DNA of 64,000 bases from an uncultured Planctomycetaceae bacterium (GTDB taxonomy: Bacteria; Planctomycetota; Planctomycetia; Isosphaerales; Isosphaeraceae), in NCBI GenBank assembly GCA_963833985.1, contig CAWIAD010000002.1, positions 3,456,001 to 3,520,000 on the forward strand, in the 5' to 3' direction. The notes below the pieces were generated by a model. It did no database searches. It was not told the origin of the DNA and saw only the letters and a program-made list of their open reading frames with translations. Shown here piece after piece: positions 1-11,099 of this stretch. Each line of letters begins with the position of its first letter. Positions within the stretch are counted from its first letter, which is position 1. Made by a program: the position numbers and the translations under genes.

Positions 1-1
1 A

Positions 2-586
2 GTGGACGCCGCCGATCTGCTGGCGTGCGTGGCTCACGCCGCCCTTGGCGATGCGAAGGTGAGCCCGGGGCCGGAACTCATTCGGCAGCCACCGCCGCGC
101 CCCCGCCTGGAGCGCTCATGCAGCGAGCCGGCGCTCGCACGTCTCCTGCCGGAAGCCGCGCGCAACGGCCGCCTGGCCCTCGCCGCGGGGTTGCTCCAGG
201 TCCATGATTTCTGGGAGGCCAGCCACGAGGCCGCGCAGGCTGCCGACGACCTGGGCGAGCGTACCTTCTCGGCCTGGTGGCACGGCATCGCCCATCGCCG
301 CGAGCCCGATCCGGGCAATGCCGCCTACTGGTTTCGCCAGGTGGGCCGCCACCCGCTCTTCGAGGCGATTGCCCGCGCGGCCCGGCCGATCCTCGCGGAG
401 CAGGGCGACGACCGGTGGACCCGGCGGGTGCTTGGCGGCGACACCTGGAATCCCCAGGCGATGATCGATCTCTGCACCGCCGCGCGCCCGGGTTCCTTCG
501 AAGAAGCGCTCGCACGCAAGTTCCAGCGCCTGGAGATGCAGCTCCTGCTTGACGCCACCGCCGCAGCCGTTGCGGGCACGTCCTGA
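2..586 (+). CDS. conserved hypothetical protein (start may lie outside the window)
   Basis: ORF with protein-like motif HDFWEASHEAAQ...WWHGIAHRREPDPGNAAYWFR and GC-rich third codon positions. Confidence 0.7.
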   Translation: MDAADLLACVAHAALGDAKVSPGPELIRQPPPRPRLERSCSEPALARLLPEAARNGRLALAAGLLQVHDFWEASHEAAQAADDLGERTFSAWWHGIAHRREPDPGNAAYWFRQVGRHPLFEAIARAARPILAEQGDDRWTRRVLGGDTWNPQAMIDLCTAARPGSFEEALARKFQRLEMQLLLDATAAAVAGTS

Positions 587-620
587 TCTGGCTCCGGCTC
601 GCGACACCGGCTCGCGGTGA

Positions 621-649
621 TTGACGCGCTATCGGGGCCCCCTTAAGAT
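621..649 (+). promoter_or_regulatory. sigma70-like promoter TTGACG-N17-TAAGAT
   Basis: TTGACG 621-626, 17-nt spacer, TAAGAT 644-649; intergenic, facing the REP element, the IS and acs. Confidence 0.5.
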
Positions 650-740
650 CAATACCGTAGAAATAGCAATAAGTTGAGTGCAGGCAGAGGTTTGTTCCTC
701 GTTCCCACGCTCCGCGTGGGAATGCCGTCTGCGACGCTCT

Positions 741-2391
741 GAGACTGTGAGTTTTCGACCGCACGGCGGGTTTTCCCATCGGCGTGCGTCGATTGATCAG
801 GGGTCGGGGTCGCGGTAGTTCCCCTGCGATCACGTCACCTGTGGGTGTTCTCTCCGCTATCGAGGCTCGAAAATGCCCTCCGCTGCCTGTTTTCTACCCC
901 TTTTTACCTCATCCCTGCCCCTCCGCGACCGCCGCGCGCACGTTCCCCTGGTGCATCAGATTATGCGTGATCGCGTACAGCGTCGCCACGATCCGACATT
1001 TTGTCCGGCCACGCACCGGCATCCGCCAAAGCCCTCTATTACGGCACATCGCGTTAACCCACTCCGCCGTCTGGGCCCGCAGCTTGTAGATCAACTGCGC
1101 CGCCTCCGTGCCCATCCGCTCCCGCCACGCCGCAGTGTTGTCCGTGTCGTGCGGCTTGCGGGCGTACGGGTCTTTGCCCGCCTCCTTCTGCTTCTCCTGG
1201 TCCTTGATCGGTGCATACACCTTGCAGCCACGCTCCTCGACCGCATCAATCGCGTCCAAAGATGCAAACCCACCATCGACAAGCATCTCATCCGGCACGT
1301 CGTTGTAACGCGTCTCCAGTTGATCGAGCATCGGCGGCATTTCCTCGCTGTCGGTGCCGGCGTTGGTCACGTCCACCCCCACCACGATGCCTGTCGCCGT
1401 GTCGGTGGCGAACTGCACGTTGAACGCGGGGCGATAGCCGCCGTCGCTGAAGTTGATGTTCCGCGCCTCCGGATCGGTGGTCGACGCGCCGCGCCTCGGA
1501 CGATTTCTCTTTTCTCCCCTTGTTTCTTTTCTCTTTCTTCTGCCGCAACTCCTCGCAATGGCGTGCCGCCTCCTCGATCCGCGCTTGACGCTCTGCCGCA
1601 GCACGCGCGCAGGCGGCCCGCTGCCGTTTCGACAGTTCGTCAGGGTTGGTTTCAGCCAGTTCTTTGAGCGCCTGGACCTGTGCTTCGGACTCGGCCAGCA
1701 ACTCCTTGAGCCGCTCCCCACTGCGGAAGGAACTTTTACCGGCGTCGGCCCGCACCCGCATGCCATCCTGGGCCACCCGCTCCATGGTGACCAAGCCTTC
1801 GTCCATGAGCGTGGCGACGATCTGGGTGAGCATTTCGTCCCACTTCTCGCCTCCCTGGGAGCGGAAGTCGGCGAGCATGTGGTAGTTCACCGAGACGCCA
1901 CCGCAGAGCCACTGGTAGGCGAGGTGGTTCTTGCAGAGGCGTTCCAGCTCGCGCGCACTGCCGACCCCCTTGAGGGTGGCGAACACCCAGAGCGCGACCA
2001 GCAACCGGGGGTCGGTGGCGTCGCGGCCGACGTGGCCCTCGACGGCCTTGATGTCGGCGAGCCAGGCGTCGTGGTCCAGGCGGCAGACCATGGTCCAGAC
2101 GACGCGGGCCTGAGAGTCGGGATCGAGGCGATCGTCGAGCGAGGTCCAGGTGAATTCAACCTGATCGCGGTGCGGGACCCGAAGCCTGGGTTTGCCCCGA
2201 CCGGGCGTGTTGGCGGCCTGCTCGGGGGTGGGCTCGGGGAGGTTGTCCGGCAGCAGGGGGAGGATTGTCACGGGAGCCTCGCGGGGATGAGTGGGTGCAA
2301 ACGCCAGCAGGACGGAGGGCCATCGCTGTTCTGAATTATATCATGATCACATTTTCAGTACAATGGGGATCTCCGAAAAAATCACAGCCTC
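741..2391 (-). mobile_element. IS1182-family-like insertion sequence (1651 bp)
   Basis: imperfect terminal IRs GAGACTGTGAGTTTTCG (741) and CGAAAAAATCACAGCCTC (ending 2391); TCT direct repeat at 738-740 and 2392-2394; encodes a DDE transposase. Confidence 0.85.
909..2271 (-). CDS. IS1182-family transposase, frameshift at ~1488
   Basis: DPRLLVALWVFATLKGVGSARELERLC (DUF772-like), AQDGMRVRADA, then in a second frame STTDPEAR...PAFNVQ, LVDGGF, YKLRAQTAEWVN. Confidence 0.85.
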
Positions 2392-2660
2392 TCTGCGTCG
2401 ATTGAGCCCGTGCTGAGGCCGGGAAATCCATGGCACGCAGAGCGTCCCGACCGGTGTTCCCACGCAGAGCGTGTGAACAAGTCTGTCGCAAAGCTTTTGC
2501 CCCTTTCTCGTAAACGCTATTTCAACGTTATTGCGCTTAAGTTCCTCATCAAGCGTGCCTCCGCGATGAGCCCTGCGCCTTCGGACGGCCTTCCCGGGTG
2601 TGCGACTCGACGGGCCCGGCCGATGCGCCCATTCCTCTCTCGATCCTGGAGCCTCTGAAC

Positions 2661-4646
2661 ATGTCCCTCGAGGTCAAGAGCGGTTCGATCACGAGCGTCC
2701 TTCAGGAGACCCGGGTCTTTCCCCCTCCGGCCGACTTCGCCCGCGCGGCCCACGTCTCGAGCCTCGAGGAATACCAGGCGCTCTGGAACCGGGCCAAGGA
2801 TGACCCGGAGGGTTTCTGGGGCGACCAGGCGCGGCAGCTCCTGTCGTGGTTCAAGCCCTGGGACCAGGTGATCGACTGGAAGCCGCCCTTCGCCCGCTGG
2901 TTCGTCGGCGGCCAGCTCAACGCCTCGTACAACTGCATCGACCGGCACTGCGAGGGCCCCAGCAAGAACAAGGCCGCACTCATCTGGGAGGGGGAGCCCG
3001 GTGAGCGCCGGGTGCTCCGCTACCAGGACCTGCTGCGCGAGGTCTGCAAGTTCGCCAACGTGCTCAAGAGCCTGGGCGTGGCGAGGGGCGACGTGGTGGC
3101 CATCTACATGCCGATGGTCCCCGAGCTGGTGATTGCGGCGCTGGCCTGCGCCCGCATCGGCGCACCGCACATGGTGGTCTTCGGCGGGTTCAGCGCCGAG
3201 GCCCTTGCCGGCCGGATGCAAGACTGCAAGGCCAAGGTGCTGGTGACCGCCGACGGCGGCTACCGGCGCGGCAAGATCGTGCCGCTCAAGGACGCCGCCG
3301 ACGGCGCCGCGGCACTCTGTCCGGACCTTCAGCACATGGTCGTGTTTCGCCGCACCGGGCTGGACATCCCCTGGTCGCACGGCCGCGATCACTGGTGGCA
3401 CGAGATGACCGCGATCGCCTCGGGCGTGTGCCCTCCCGAGCCCCTGGACAGCGAGCATCCCCTCTTCATCCTGTACACATCCGGTTCGACAGGCAAACCC
3501 AAGGGCATCCTCCACACGACCGGCGGTTACCTGCTGGGGACCACCCTCTCCACGCACTGGGTCTTCGACATCAAGCCGTCTGACACCTACTGGTGCACGG
3601 CCGACGTGGGCTGGGTGACCGGGCATTCCTACCTGGTCTACGGCCCACTCTCGCTGGGTGCCACCTGTGTCATGTATGAAGGGGCACCGAACTGGCCCGA
3701 TGAGGGCCGGTTCTGGCAGATCGTCGAGGATTACCAGGTGACCATCCTCTACACCGCGCCCACGGCCATCCGGGCGTTCATGAAGTGGGGCGAGCACTTC
3801 CCCCGCCGGCACGACCTGTCCAGCTTGCGTCTGCTGGGCACGGTGGGCGAACCGATCAACCCCGAAGCGTGGATGTGGTACTACCGGGTCATCGGCGGCG
3901 GCAAGTGCCCGATCGTGGATACCTGGTGGCAGACGGAGACCGGGGCGATCATGATCTCCCCGCTCCCGGGTGCAACGCCCGCGGTCCCCGGCTCGGCCAC
4001 GCGGCCCTTGCCGGGGATCATCCCGGAGATCGTCACCAAGGACGGCCAGCCCGTGGGACCGAACCAGGGCGGCTTTCTGGTCATCAAGCAGCCCTGGCCG
4101 TCCATGCTGCGGACGCTCTACGGAGACGACAATCGCTACAAGGCGCAGTACTGGAGCGACATCCCGGGGGTCTACTTCACCGGCGACGGTGCGCGGTGCG
4201 ACGAGCATGGCAATTACTGGATCATGGGCCGCGTCGACGATGTGCTCAACGTCGCCGGCCACCGGCTCTCGACGATGGAAGTCGAGAGTGCCCTGGTCAG
4301 CCATCGGGCCGTGGCCGAGGCCGCCGTGGTGGGCAAGCCCGACGACATGAGAGGGCAGGCGATCTCGGCGTTCGTCACCCTGGAATCAGGCTTCGCGCCC
4401 AGCGAGGCCCTCCGCAAGGAACTGCGCGACCACGTCGTCAAGGAGATCGGTGCGCTCGCCCGCCCGGACGACATCCACTTCACCGATGCGCTGCCCAAGA
4501 CCCGCAGCGGCAAGATCATGAGACGCCTGCTGCGGGACATCGCGGCCGGCGTGGAGAGCGGCGGGGACACCTCGACGCTCGAGGACCTCAGCGTGATGGT
4601 GCAGCTGCGCCGCCACGAACAGCAGAAGGCCGCCGAGGAGGAATAG
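2661..4646 (+). CDS. acs: acetate--CoA ligase (acetyl-CoA synthetase)
   Basis: [33 protein letters not shown] motifs. Confidence 0.96.
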   Translation: MSLEVKSGSITSVLQETRVFPPPADFARAAHVSSLEEYQALWNRAKDDPEGFWGDQARQLLSWFKPWDQVIDWKPPFARWFVGGQLNASYNCIDRHCEGPSKNKAALIWEGEPGERRVLRYQDLLREVCKFANVLKSLGVARGDVVAIYMPMVPELVIAALACARIGAPHMVVFGGFSAEALAGRMQDCKAKVLVTADGGYRRGKIVPLKDAADGAAALCPDLQHMVVFRRTGLDIPWSHGRDHWWHEMTAIASGVCPPEPLDSEHPLFILYTSGSTGKPKGILHTTGGYLLGTTLSTHWVFDIKPSDTYWCTADVGWVTGHSYLVYGPLSLGATCVMYEGAPNWPDEGRFWQIVEDYQVTILYTAPTAIRAFMKWGEHFPRRHDLSSLRLLGTVGEPINPEAWMWYYRVIGGGKCPIVDTWWQTETGAIMISPLPGATPAVPGSATRPLPGIIPEIVTKDGQPVGPNQGGFLVIKQPWPSMLRTLYGDDNRYKAQYWSDIPGVYFTGDGARCDEHGNYWIMGRVDDVLNVAGHRLSTMEVESALVSHRAVAEAAVVGKPDDMRGQAISAFVTLESGFAPSEALRKELRDHVVKEIGALARPDDIHFTDALPKTRSGKIMRRLLRDIAAGVESGGDTSTLEDLSVMVQLRRHEQQKAAEEE

Positions 4647-4709
4647 GCCCCGATCCGGCAAAAGCAAGAAACGCGATCAGAGACGACAACGCACCAAAGG
4701 TGCATCAGG

Positions 4710-5030
4710 TCAGATCGGGTACAGGTTCTTGAGCTTCTTGCGAGCCTCCGCGCTGCCTTTGGACGCTTTGATGAGCGGAAAGGTTTGCATCTTGCCGTCG
4801 ACCTCGAGCCTGAGCTCGCCGCCACGGATGACGGAAGTGGCCACGCGGACGTAGCGCGTCTGACCGTTGGGCAGCCAGACGTGGATGCGCTGGAGGTTGG
4901 GCTTGAAGGTGCGCCGGCTGATGCCGGTCGTCTTCTTGCCGACGCCGCCCAGGTACTTGGCCTTGCCACGCTCGGTCTTGTGGTTGCCGAACGTGGTCTT
5001 CTTGCCGCTGACTTCACATTCACGACCCAT
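4710..5030 (-). CDS. rpmB: 50S ribosomal protein L28
   Basis: MGRECEVSGKKTTFGN...GKAKYLGGVG...RRTFKPNLQ. Confidence 0.93.
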   Translation of the reverse strand: MGRECEVSGKKTTFGNHKTERGKAKYLGGVGKKTTGISRRTFKPNLQRIHVWLPNGQTRYVRVATSVIRGGELRLEVDGKMQTFPLIKASKGSAEARKKLKNLYPI

Positions 5031-5117
5031 GGAAATCTCCTCGCTCGCGACCGCGCGATCCGCCACGGATCGTCTTCCGCCGGCTCGATGCCCGCGCTGT
5101 CGTGCAATCGGTCAAAC

Positions 5118-5324
5118 TTATTTCTTGGCTTTCTCTTTGGCCATCGGATTATGCGGCTTGCTGCGTTGCACGTTGCCGCATTCTTCGACCAGCTCGCACA
5201 CCTTGTGAGGCGGCACGGCGAGCTTGCACTGCGGGCAAACATTCAGGGCAGGAGCGATCAGAAAATCGTGACTCCTTCGTTTCCCTTTTGCTGATATTGA
5301 CTTACGTCGCTTTGGTACGGCCAC
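5118..5324 (-). CDS. rpmF: 50S ribosomal protein L32
   Basis: MAVPKRRKS...RRSH...CPQC...PHKVC. Confidence 0.92.
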   Translation of the reverse strand: MAVPKRRKSISAKGKRRSHDFLIAPALNVCPQCKLAVPPHKVCELVEECGNVQRSKPHNPMAKEKAKK

Positions 5325-5503
5325 GAACGGATTCTCCGAACGGAAATCTCTGGTCTTCCTTGGGTCGAAAAATACTATTATCCGATTCTTTGCCTTGCTT
5401 TCAAGACAGACCCGAGCGAGGCATGGCCATCCTCATCGTCCATCGGGCCATTGACCATGCCACGCCACCCGAGCCCTGGCGGTCCAGGCGGACGACCCGT
5501 TTA

Positions 5504-7016
5504 CTATGCGCCAGACCGGGGCTGCGAGGACTCGGCGGCAAGCGGACTTGGCTCGTCGTCGGATGCCACGGCCAGGTGTGGCTGGGGTTCGAACTGGGCC
5601 AGGTTGGCAAGTGACGCCCGCGCAGCGACTGGAAGGCTGCGCTGGGTCAGCTCGATGACCGCGGCGAGAGTCCAGAGACCGACCGGAAGCGTCGCGTAGT
5701 GGGCGTAGCTGTCGGCCGCGGGCAAGACCCATCCGGCGGGTGGCAGCAGCAAGATCAGGGGATACACGAAGCCGGCCAGCAGCGAGGCCGCGCCGGCGGC
5801 CATGGCGAGGGCAGCGACCAGGTGGCCGGCCTGCTCTTCGAGGAGCCGCCTGAAACCCCACAGGACCTCGGCCATGGAGCCGCGGCTCCAGGCCACAACG
5901 CCGACAAGCCCGATCAACACGAGTGCCGCACCCTGGAAGTCCACCAGGCCCCACCCGAGCTGCCAGCGGATGTACTGGCCGCTTGCTCCCGCTCCAATCC
6001 ATGTGGGCAGGTGCTGCAAGGACAGAAACACGAGGGTGACCAGGTAACGCGCGGGCAAGGCCACCACGCAGGCGAGCATTGACGCGGGCATCAGCTCCAG
6101 TGCCGGGCCGGGATGGAACCGCTCCTCGCCGAGCCGGTCAAAGCCGGCGTTCCGCAACTCGCAGAGGACCCAGGCCAGCAGGTAGCCGTCGCAGATCAGC
6201 ATGATGAGCGGAACGACCAGCGCCTCGACGACGAGGCATCCGCCGAGCGGTAGATCCATGCTGCCGGAGGCGCGGGCGACCAGACGGTAGAGGATGTACA
6301 GGGAGCCGCAGCCCCAGATGACCGTTGACCAGCCGGACCCGCGCTCCTGGCCGAACCTCGAGCTGGCCGTCGCCCGCTCTCCGGCCACATGCCCGATGGC
6401 CGGATCAGCGGGCGGCAACATGCCCGAAGACGCCCGAAACACCAGGTACACGGCGCACAAGAGGAGCGGCAGGTTGTCGGCCAGGCCCGCCACGTCGCGA
6501 AGCGGCGTCAAACCCGCAAAAACGCCCTGCTCGATCGCGAGCTCCAGCCGCTCGCGGGAGCGCGAAAGCAGCAAGAGATCGGCTCGACCCCTGTCGGCCC
6601 TGGCCGCCAGAAAACCAAGGGCCTGGCTGCCAGTCCAGGCAAGCACCGTGAAGGTAATCAGTGTGGAGACCAGCCGCCCCGCGCCAGACGCGGCGGGTGG
6701 CTTGCCGGAGGAGCCTCAGGTGGCCGGGGATGTCGACCAGTTGCCCGAGGGCGCGGCGGGGACCTTGCAGCACGATGGCCAGGAGCAAGAGCGTGCCCAG
6801 CGCGGCCAGCAACACCCACAATCCATCCATGGACGGCAGCATTTCGGGTGAGCTCAGGGTCAATCCCGAGCACCAGCGGCGTAGCGCCAGCGACGCCATC
6901 GCGGCCGGGTTGCCGGCACTCGGGGCCGCACCCGCCGCGCCGGCCGCCCCTGCGGCCTGGCCCGAGGTCGGCCCCGCGGCCTGAGCCCATAACCATGGCA
7001 TCGTCCAGGTGTCCAT
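5504..7016 (-). CDS. multi-pass membrane hypothetical protein, frameshift at ~6690
   Basis: hydrophobic ORFs 6405-7016 and 5504-6646 join as VWR...RLVSTLITFTVLAWTG. Confidence 0.7.
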
Positions 7017-7694
7017 GACCTATCCTGTTCTCAGGAACCGAAACCGCGCGGCTCTGTCACCGCCTGGCACGCCGCTGGATGTCTCGTTGGTCCGGTAAAG
7101 ACAATCTACCGCCCGGAGTCCGAAACCTCTGACGATTGTACTCGGCTCGGACAGACGGGACCAGAGAGTGCCCCCGCTTGCTCAATTTCGGCTTTGCCTG
7201 GACCCGACGGCCAGACCACCCCGGACCAGCAGACGTCAAGGAATACAACTTCAGGGAAGATGTCTTCTTAATCTTCCAGCAATGTTAGACAATCAGCCAA
7301 TCTGGGCGGAACGCGCGTTTTTCTCTGGTCTTTTCTTCCGGGAAAGGGAGCGATAAGACAGAATTCATTTCCGTGATCCGGTAGAATTCTCCATACTGGA
7401 TGAGTTCCGCCCGTGGCTTCCCTGCGCCACATTGTTTCGGGTGCACGGTTGGTTGCCAAGGCCCAGGGCTCGTTGCAGTCGGCTTATTAAGGTTGTTTCA
7501 GGATGCCCGGAGCCTTGATACGGGGCCTCTGGCGGAGGATCCGGCAAGCGGGCTATTTCCTGTGATTCGAGAGGACGGGCTGGATCGGCCCCTGGCCACC
7601 GAAAGTAATGGCGTCCGCGCGCTGGGGTCTCCCTGGCTATCGACATGATTTCCTGCCTCGAACCCTGTCCGAAACCGATTGGGTGCGAATCTCA

Positions 7695-8141
7695 ATGGCT
7701 TCGTCTCAAAACAGCTTGAATGAACTTTCGTTGCTGATGGAATTGCGCCTGGCTTTTGGCCCGGGCACGCGACTGTGGGCGTACACTTCCCGTGAAGAGC
7801 TCTGTTACGACTGGCTTCATTTCAAATCGCGACGTGCCCAGCCGAGTTTTCGCGAATTCGCACTGGGGCTCTACGCACAGGAGAAGGAGCACGCCTTACC
7901 CTGTGCCAGCTCGGTGGCGATGCTGAGACGGATTGCAGCGGTGCTCAGGACGTATCGGATCCGGAGGCAGGAGGCCGGTCCCCAGGGGCCTTCCCGGACC
8001 GCGCACACCAGCCATGGCGCCAAGCCGCACGGTCCCTCCTGCCCACCCTCGATCCCTCCCACGGGAGTGACCACTGCCACGCTCCCGTCCGCGGACGCCG
8101 ATCGTCAGGTGGTGGCGCAGCGCGGCCGGTCGGGACAATAG
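7695..8141 (+). CDS. hypothetical protein
   Basis: plausible globular N-terminal half (LRLAFGPGTRLWAYTSREELCYDWLHF) in an otherwise empty interval; no family recognised. Confidence 0.4.
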   Translation: MASSQNSLNELSLLMELRLAFGPGTRLWAYTSREELCYDWLHFKSRRAQPSFREFALGLYAQEKEHALPCASSVAMLRRIAAVLRTYRIRRQEAGPQGPSRTAHTSHGAKPHGPSCPPSIPPTGVTTATLPSADADRQVVAQRGRSGQ

Positions 8142-8231
8142 CCGTTCGCCAGGCGGCCGCGAGGGCGGAAGACCGTCCGGGTGCTCTGCTCGCGGAGCGC
8201 GCATCCCACCCGGATCGGCATGGACGGGACG

Positions 8232-10310
8232 TCACCGCGACCAGTGGGCGATCCGCCGCACGCTGGGCCGGTAGGCGGCGGGTCGGCTGCGCGCCTGGGA
8301 GAACGTCCGACGGCCCTTGAGGTCGCGCATGGCGACGAGGCAGCCGGCAACCGCCACGGCGGTCGCGAAGGCGAGCCGCGGAGTGGAGCCTTCCCGTGGC
8401 TCTTGCTCATCTGGCGAGGCCTCCCGCACGAGGGGAGCGGCCGGCGGCGGGAGCTCGGCCGCCAGACCAGTCTCCGTCGTCCTGCCGCCTGGAGAATTCT
8501 TCAAGATGGTGGCAGGCACAAGCGAGGGGGCGCCTGGCAACATGACCGTCGCCGCGCCCGGCAGTCGCGGCGCTGCGGCCTTGTTCGGCACGATGGCCGG
8601 CAGCGGACCGCCTCCCATGGGCTCGACGACGTCGATCAGGTCGGCCACCACGGTCCCGGAGCTGAACCGGCTGAACCGGGAATACAGGCTGTCCACAATC
8701 ATCGGTTGGCCAACGGTGCTGGTGGTGCCCGTCGTATCCGACGGCAGGTTGACCATCGCCGGCGTCTCGAACTGGATGGGGTGCGCGGTGGATGCGAACG
8801 GCGAGTGCGCGAGGGTCGTGTTCGGGACGATGGCGATGATCGTTGTCGGGCCCACCGGGATGACGACGATGGTGACGGCCGGGAACGGAACCGGGAAGAT
8901 CGACGACGTGCTGCTCGTCGCGCTGGAACTCGCCGCCGGGCCGCTGGTGCTCGAGGTCTGGTCCAGGTGCGACACGGTCAGGCCTTGCAGCGAGCCCGCC
9001 GGCACGGGCGGCAACGTCAGCAGCGTGCCGTCATGGACTCCCTGGCTGGCCAGGAGCCCGGAGATGATGCCGCCGGCCACCGGTGTTCCCAGGCCGCCGG
9101 GGAGATGAACGCCAGACCCGATGATCGAACTGCTGCTGGAGGCCCCTGCCACGGTGTGGAAGGCGGAGGGAGGCAGGGCGTAAAGGGCAGCCTGGGCGTT
9201 GTGCAGTGCGCCGACGCCCGCGAGGGCCAGGCCCTGGTCGGCCACGGCAATCAGCCCTGCCCACTGGGGTGCCGCGGCGCTCGTGCCGCCCACGGAGAAC
9301 CATCCGGACTGGCCGTTGTCGCGCACGGAGTCGAACACCGAGAGCCCCGTCGCGGGGGCGCCCACCGCGGACACGTCAGGGACGCTGCGCGTGCCAGTAC
9401 CGGAGCCGGCAAGGGCCTGGACAGTGGCCTGGTACGCCGGCGCCGGCTCGTAACGGCTGGAACCGCTGGTGCTGCCCGTCCAGGCGGACTGGCCCGCGGC
9501 ACTCGATCCGCCGCCCGGCGCCAGCGCCGTGGCACCCACCGAGAGCACGTTCGGAGACGACCCGGGGTACGAGAGCCCGGTCCCCGCGCCGCTGTCGCCG
9601 GCAGCGGCGACAAACGTGATTCCGCCGGGCAGTTCGTTACCGCCGATGTGCCCGGCCGGAGTGGTGAACAGGCTGTCGAGCGAGGTCTCGCCCGGGAACT
9701 CGCTGGTGCCCCAGCTCATGGAAACGGCCACCACCCCGCTGGTCGACCGCGCGACGTTAACCGCGCTGGCGAGATCAGCCAGGCTGGCCGATGGCGCCTC
9801 GACCAGGAGCAGGTTGGCAGCCGGAGCCATCGCGTGCGCCCATTCGACATCGAGCGCCGTTTCCAGCGACCAGCCGGGATCGGTCGCCGTTCCCGGCACG
9901 CTGTACGTCGTCAAGGAGGGCGGGGCGGGCAGGCCGTAGGTGCTGTCGAACCGGGCGAGGTCGCTGGCAATGTTGGGATCGTCGTAGGCCACGACCAGGG
10001 CGATGGTCTGCCCGGCACCGTTGCCGGCGACGGCCCCGTTCTGGAAAGTGACCTGGTTGACCCCGTAGGCGTGCTGAACCTGGCTGGGGGAGAGGCCCGT
10101 CGGGTACAGGCTGGAAAACTCAGGCGTGGGGTTGGAGGCCACGCTCGGCTGTGCCATCACGTGGCTGGGATCGAGCCCCGCCAGCGAGAGTAACTGCCTG
10201 GTCTCCAGCCACTCGAGTCTGAGCAGGACCTGCCTGCGGAGGGTTCTCCGGCCGGTTGCCGGGAAACGAGAACGAGTACGCACGCGAGAGGCGAATGGGA
10301 AATGGCTCAC
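8232..10310 (-). CDS. S53 (sedolisin/kumamolisin-like) peptidase with planctomycete-type export motif
   Basis: ETALDVEWAHAMAP, AAAGDSG, GGTSAAAPQWAG catalytic motifs; N-terminal LRLEWLETRQLLS; start codon uncertain. Confidence 0.85.
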   Translation of the reverse strand: MSHFPFASRVRTRSRFPATGRRTLRRQVLLRLEWLETRQLLSLAGLDPSHVMAQPSVASNPTPEFSSLYPTGLSPSQVQHAYGVNQVTFQNGAVAGNGAGQTIALVVAYDDPNIASDLARFDSTYGLPAPPSLTTYSVPGTATDPGWSLETALDVEWAHAMAPAANLLLVEAPSASLADLASAVNVARSTSGVVAVSMSWGTSEFPGETSLDSLFTTPAGHIGGNELPGGITFVAAAGDSGAGTGLSYPGSSPNVLSVGATALAPGGGSSAAGQSAWTGSTSGSSRYEPAPAYQATVQALAGSGTGTRSVPDVSAVGAPATGLSVFDSVRDNGQSGWFSVGGTSAAAPQWAGLIAVADQGLALAGVGALHNAQAALYALPPSAFHTVAGASSSSSIIGSGVHLPGGLGTPVAGGIISGLLASQGVHDGTLLTLPPVPAGSLQGLTVSHLDQTSSTSGPAASSSATSSTSSIFPVPFPAVTIVVIPVGPTTIIAIVPNTTLAHSPFASTAHPIQFETPAMVNLPSDTTGTTSTVGQPMIVDSLYSRFSRFSSGTVVADLIDVVEPMGGGPLPAIVPNKAAAPRLPGAATVMLPGAPSLVPATILKNSPGGRTTETGLAAELPPPAAPLVREASPDEQEPREGSTPRLAFATAVAVAGCLVAMRDLKGRRTFSQARSRPAAYRPSVRRIAHWSR

Positions 10311-10555
10311 CTGCGAACCTCGGTGTTGTAGGTGCAAGATGCTTCGGTGTGGGAATGATGACCGTGCCAGTTTAGACGAAGCAGCCGTTTCGATGAAAGG
10401 AAAAACAGGCAAGTTCCGCGCGGCTCGCCGGCCCGCCTGTCGCGGTCGTGACGTCCGGAGATGTGAGAAGCCGGCCCGATCTGGTATGGTGGTGGCGTGT
10501 CCCGATTTCCGGATCCCTTTCCGGACCAACGTTCACCACGAGACCTGGCAGACTC

Positions 10556-11098
10556 ATGATTCACCCCTGGCACGACGTCACTCCGGGGCACCGCTTGCCA
10601 CAGGAGTTCATCGCGCTCGTCGAGATTCCCATGGGGTCAAGCATCAAGTACGAGCTGGACAAGAAGACGGGCTTGCTGCGGCTTGACAGGGTGCTCTACT
10701 CGGCGGTGTACTACCCGGCCAATTACGGGTTCATCCCCCAGACCTATGCCGAGGACGATGACCCGCTCGACGTCCTGGTACTTTGCCAGGAGCCGCTCTA
10801 TCCGTTGACGCTCGTCACGGCGCGCGTGATCGGGCTTATGACCATGGTCGATTGCGGCAAGCACGATCACAAGATCCTAGCGGTCGCGGTGGACGATCCC
10901 GAGTTCAACAGCTTCAAGGAGGCCGCGGAACTTCCGGCGCACCGGCTGATGATGCTCCGCCGGTTCTTCCAGGATTACAAGATGCTCGAGGGCAAGTCCG
11001 TCGAGGTCGACGAGATCCAGCCCGCCGAGAAAGCCATGCCCATCATCCAGGATGCCCTCCAGCGGTACAGCGAGATCCGGCGGCGGGGGTTCCACTGA
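10556..11098 (+). CDS. ppa: inorganic pyrophosphatase (family I)
   Basis: HPWHD, KYELDK, YPANYGFIPQT, DDDPLDVLV. Confidence 0.95.
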   Translation: MIHPWHDVTPGHRLPQEFIALVEIPMGSSIKYELDKKTGLLRLDRVLYSAVYYPANYGFIPQTYAEDDDPLDVLVLCQEPLYPLTLVTARVIGLMTMVDCGKHDHKILAVAVDDPEFNSFKEAAELPAHRLMMLRRFFQDYKMLEGKSVEVDEIQPAEKAMPIIQDALQRYSEIRRRGFH

Positions 11099-11099
11099 G

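Larger units (their letters stand above)
698..2481. repeat. REP/REPIN-like palindromic element (~130 bp) split by an IS
   Basis: left arm CTCGTTCCCACGCTCCGCGTGGGAATGCCGTCTGCGACGCTCT (698-740) is an imperfect inverted repeat of ACGCAGAGCGTCCCGACCGGTGTTCCCACGCAGAGCGTGTGAACAAG (~2435-2481); each arm holds internal hairpins. Confidence 0.8.

Noticed and set aside
1480..1545. Programmed ribosomal frameshift in the transposase at the A-rich tract
   Set aside because: The frame switch maps to the GCGC-containing EAR/ASTT junction rather than the A-tract, matching the other apparent sequencing indels.
2517..4304. Long antisense or alternate-frame ORFs (e.g. 2517-4304, 8181-10193, 29025-30554, 38764-40059, 53480-55696)
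   Set aside because: Shadow ORFs of real genes, expected in high-GC DNA; no recognisable motifs.
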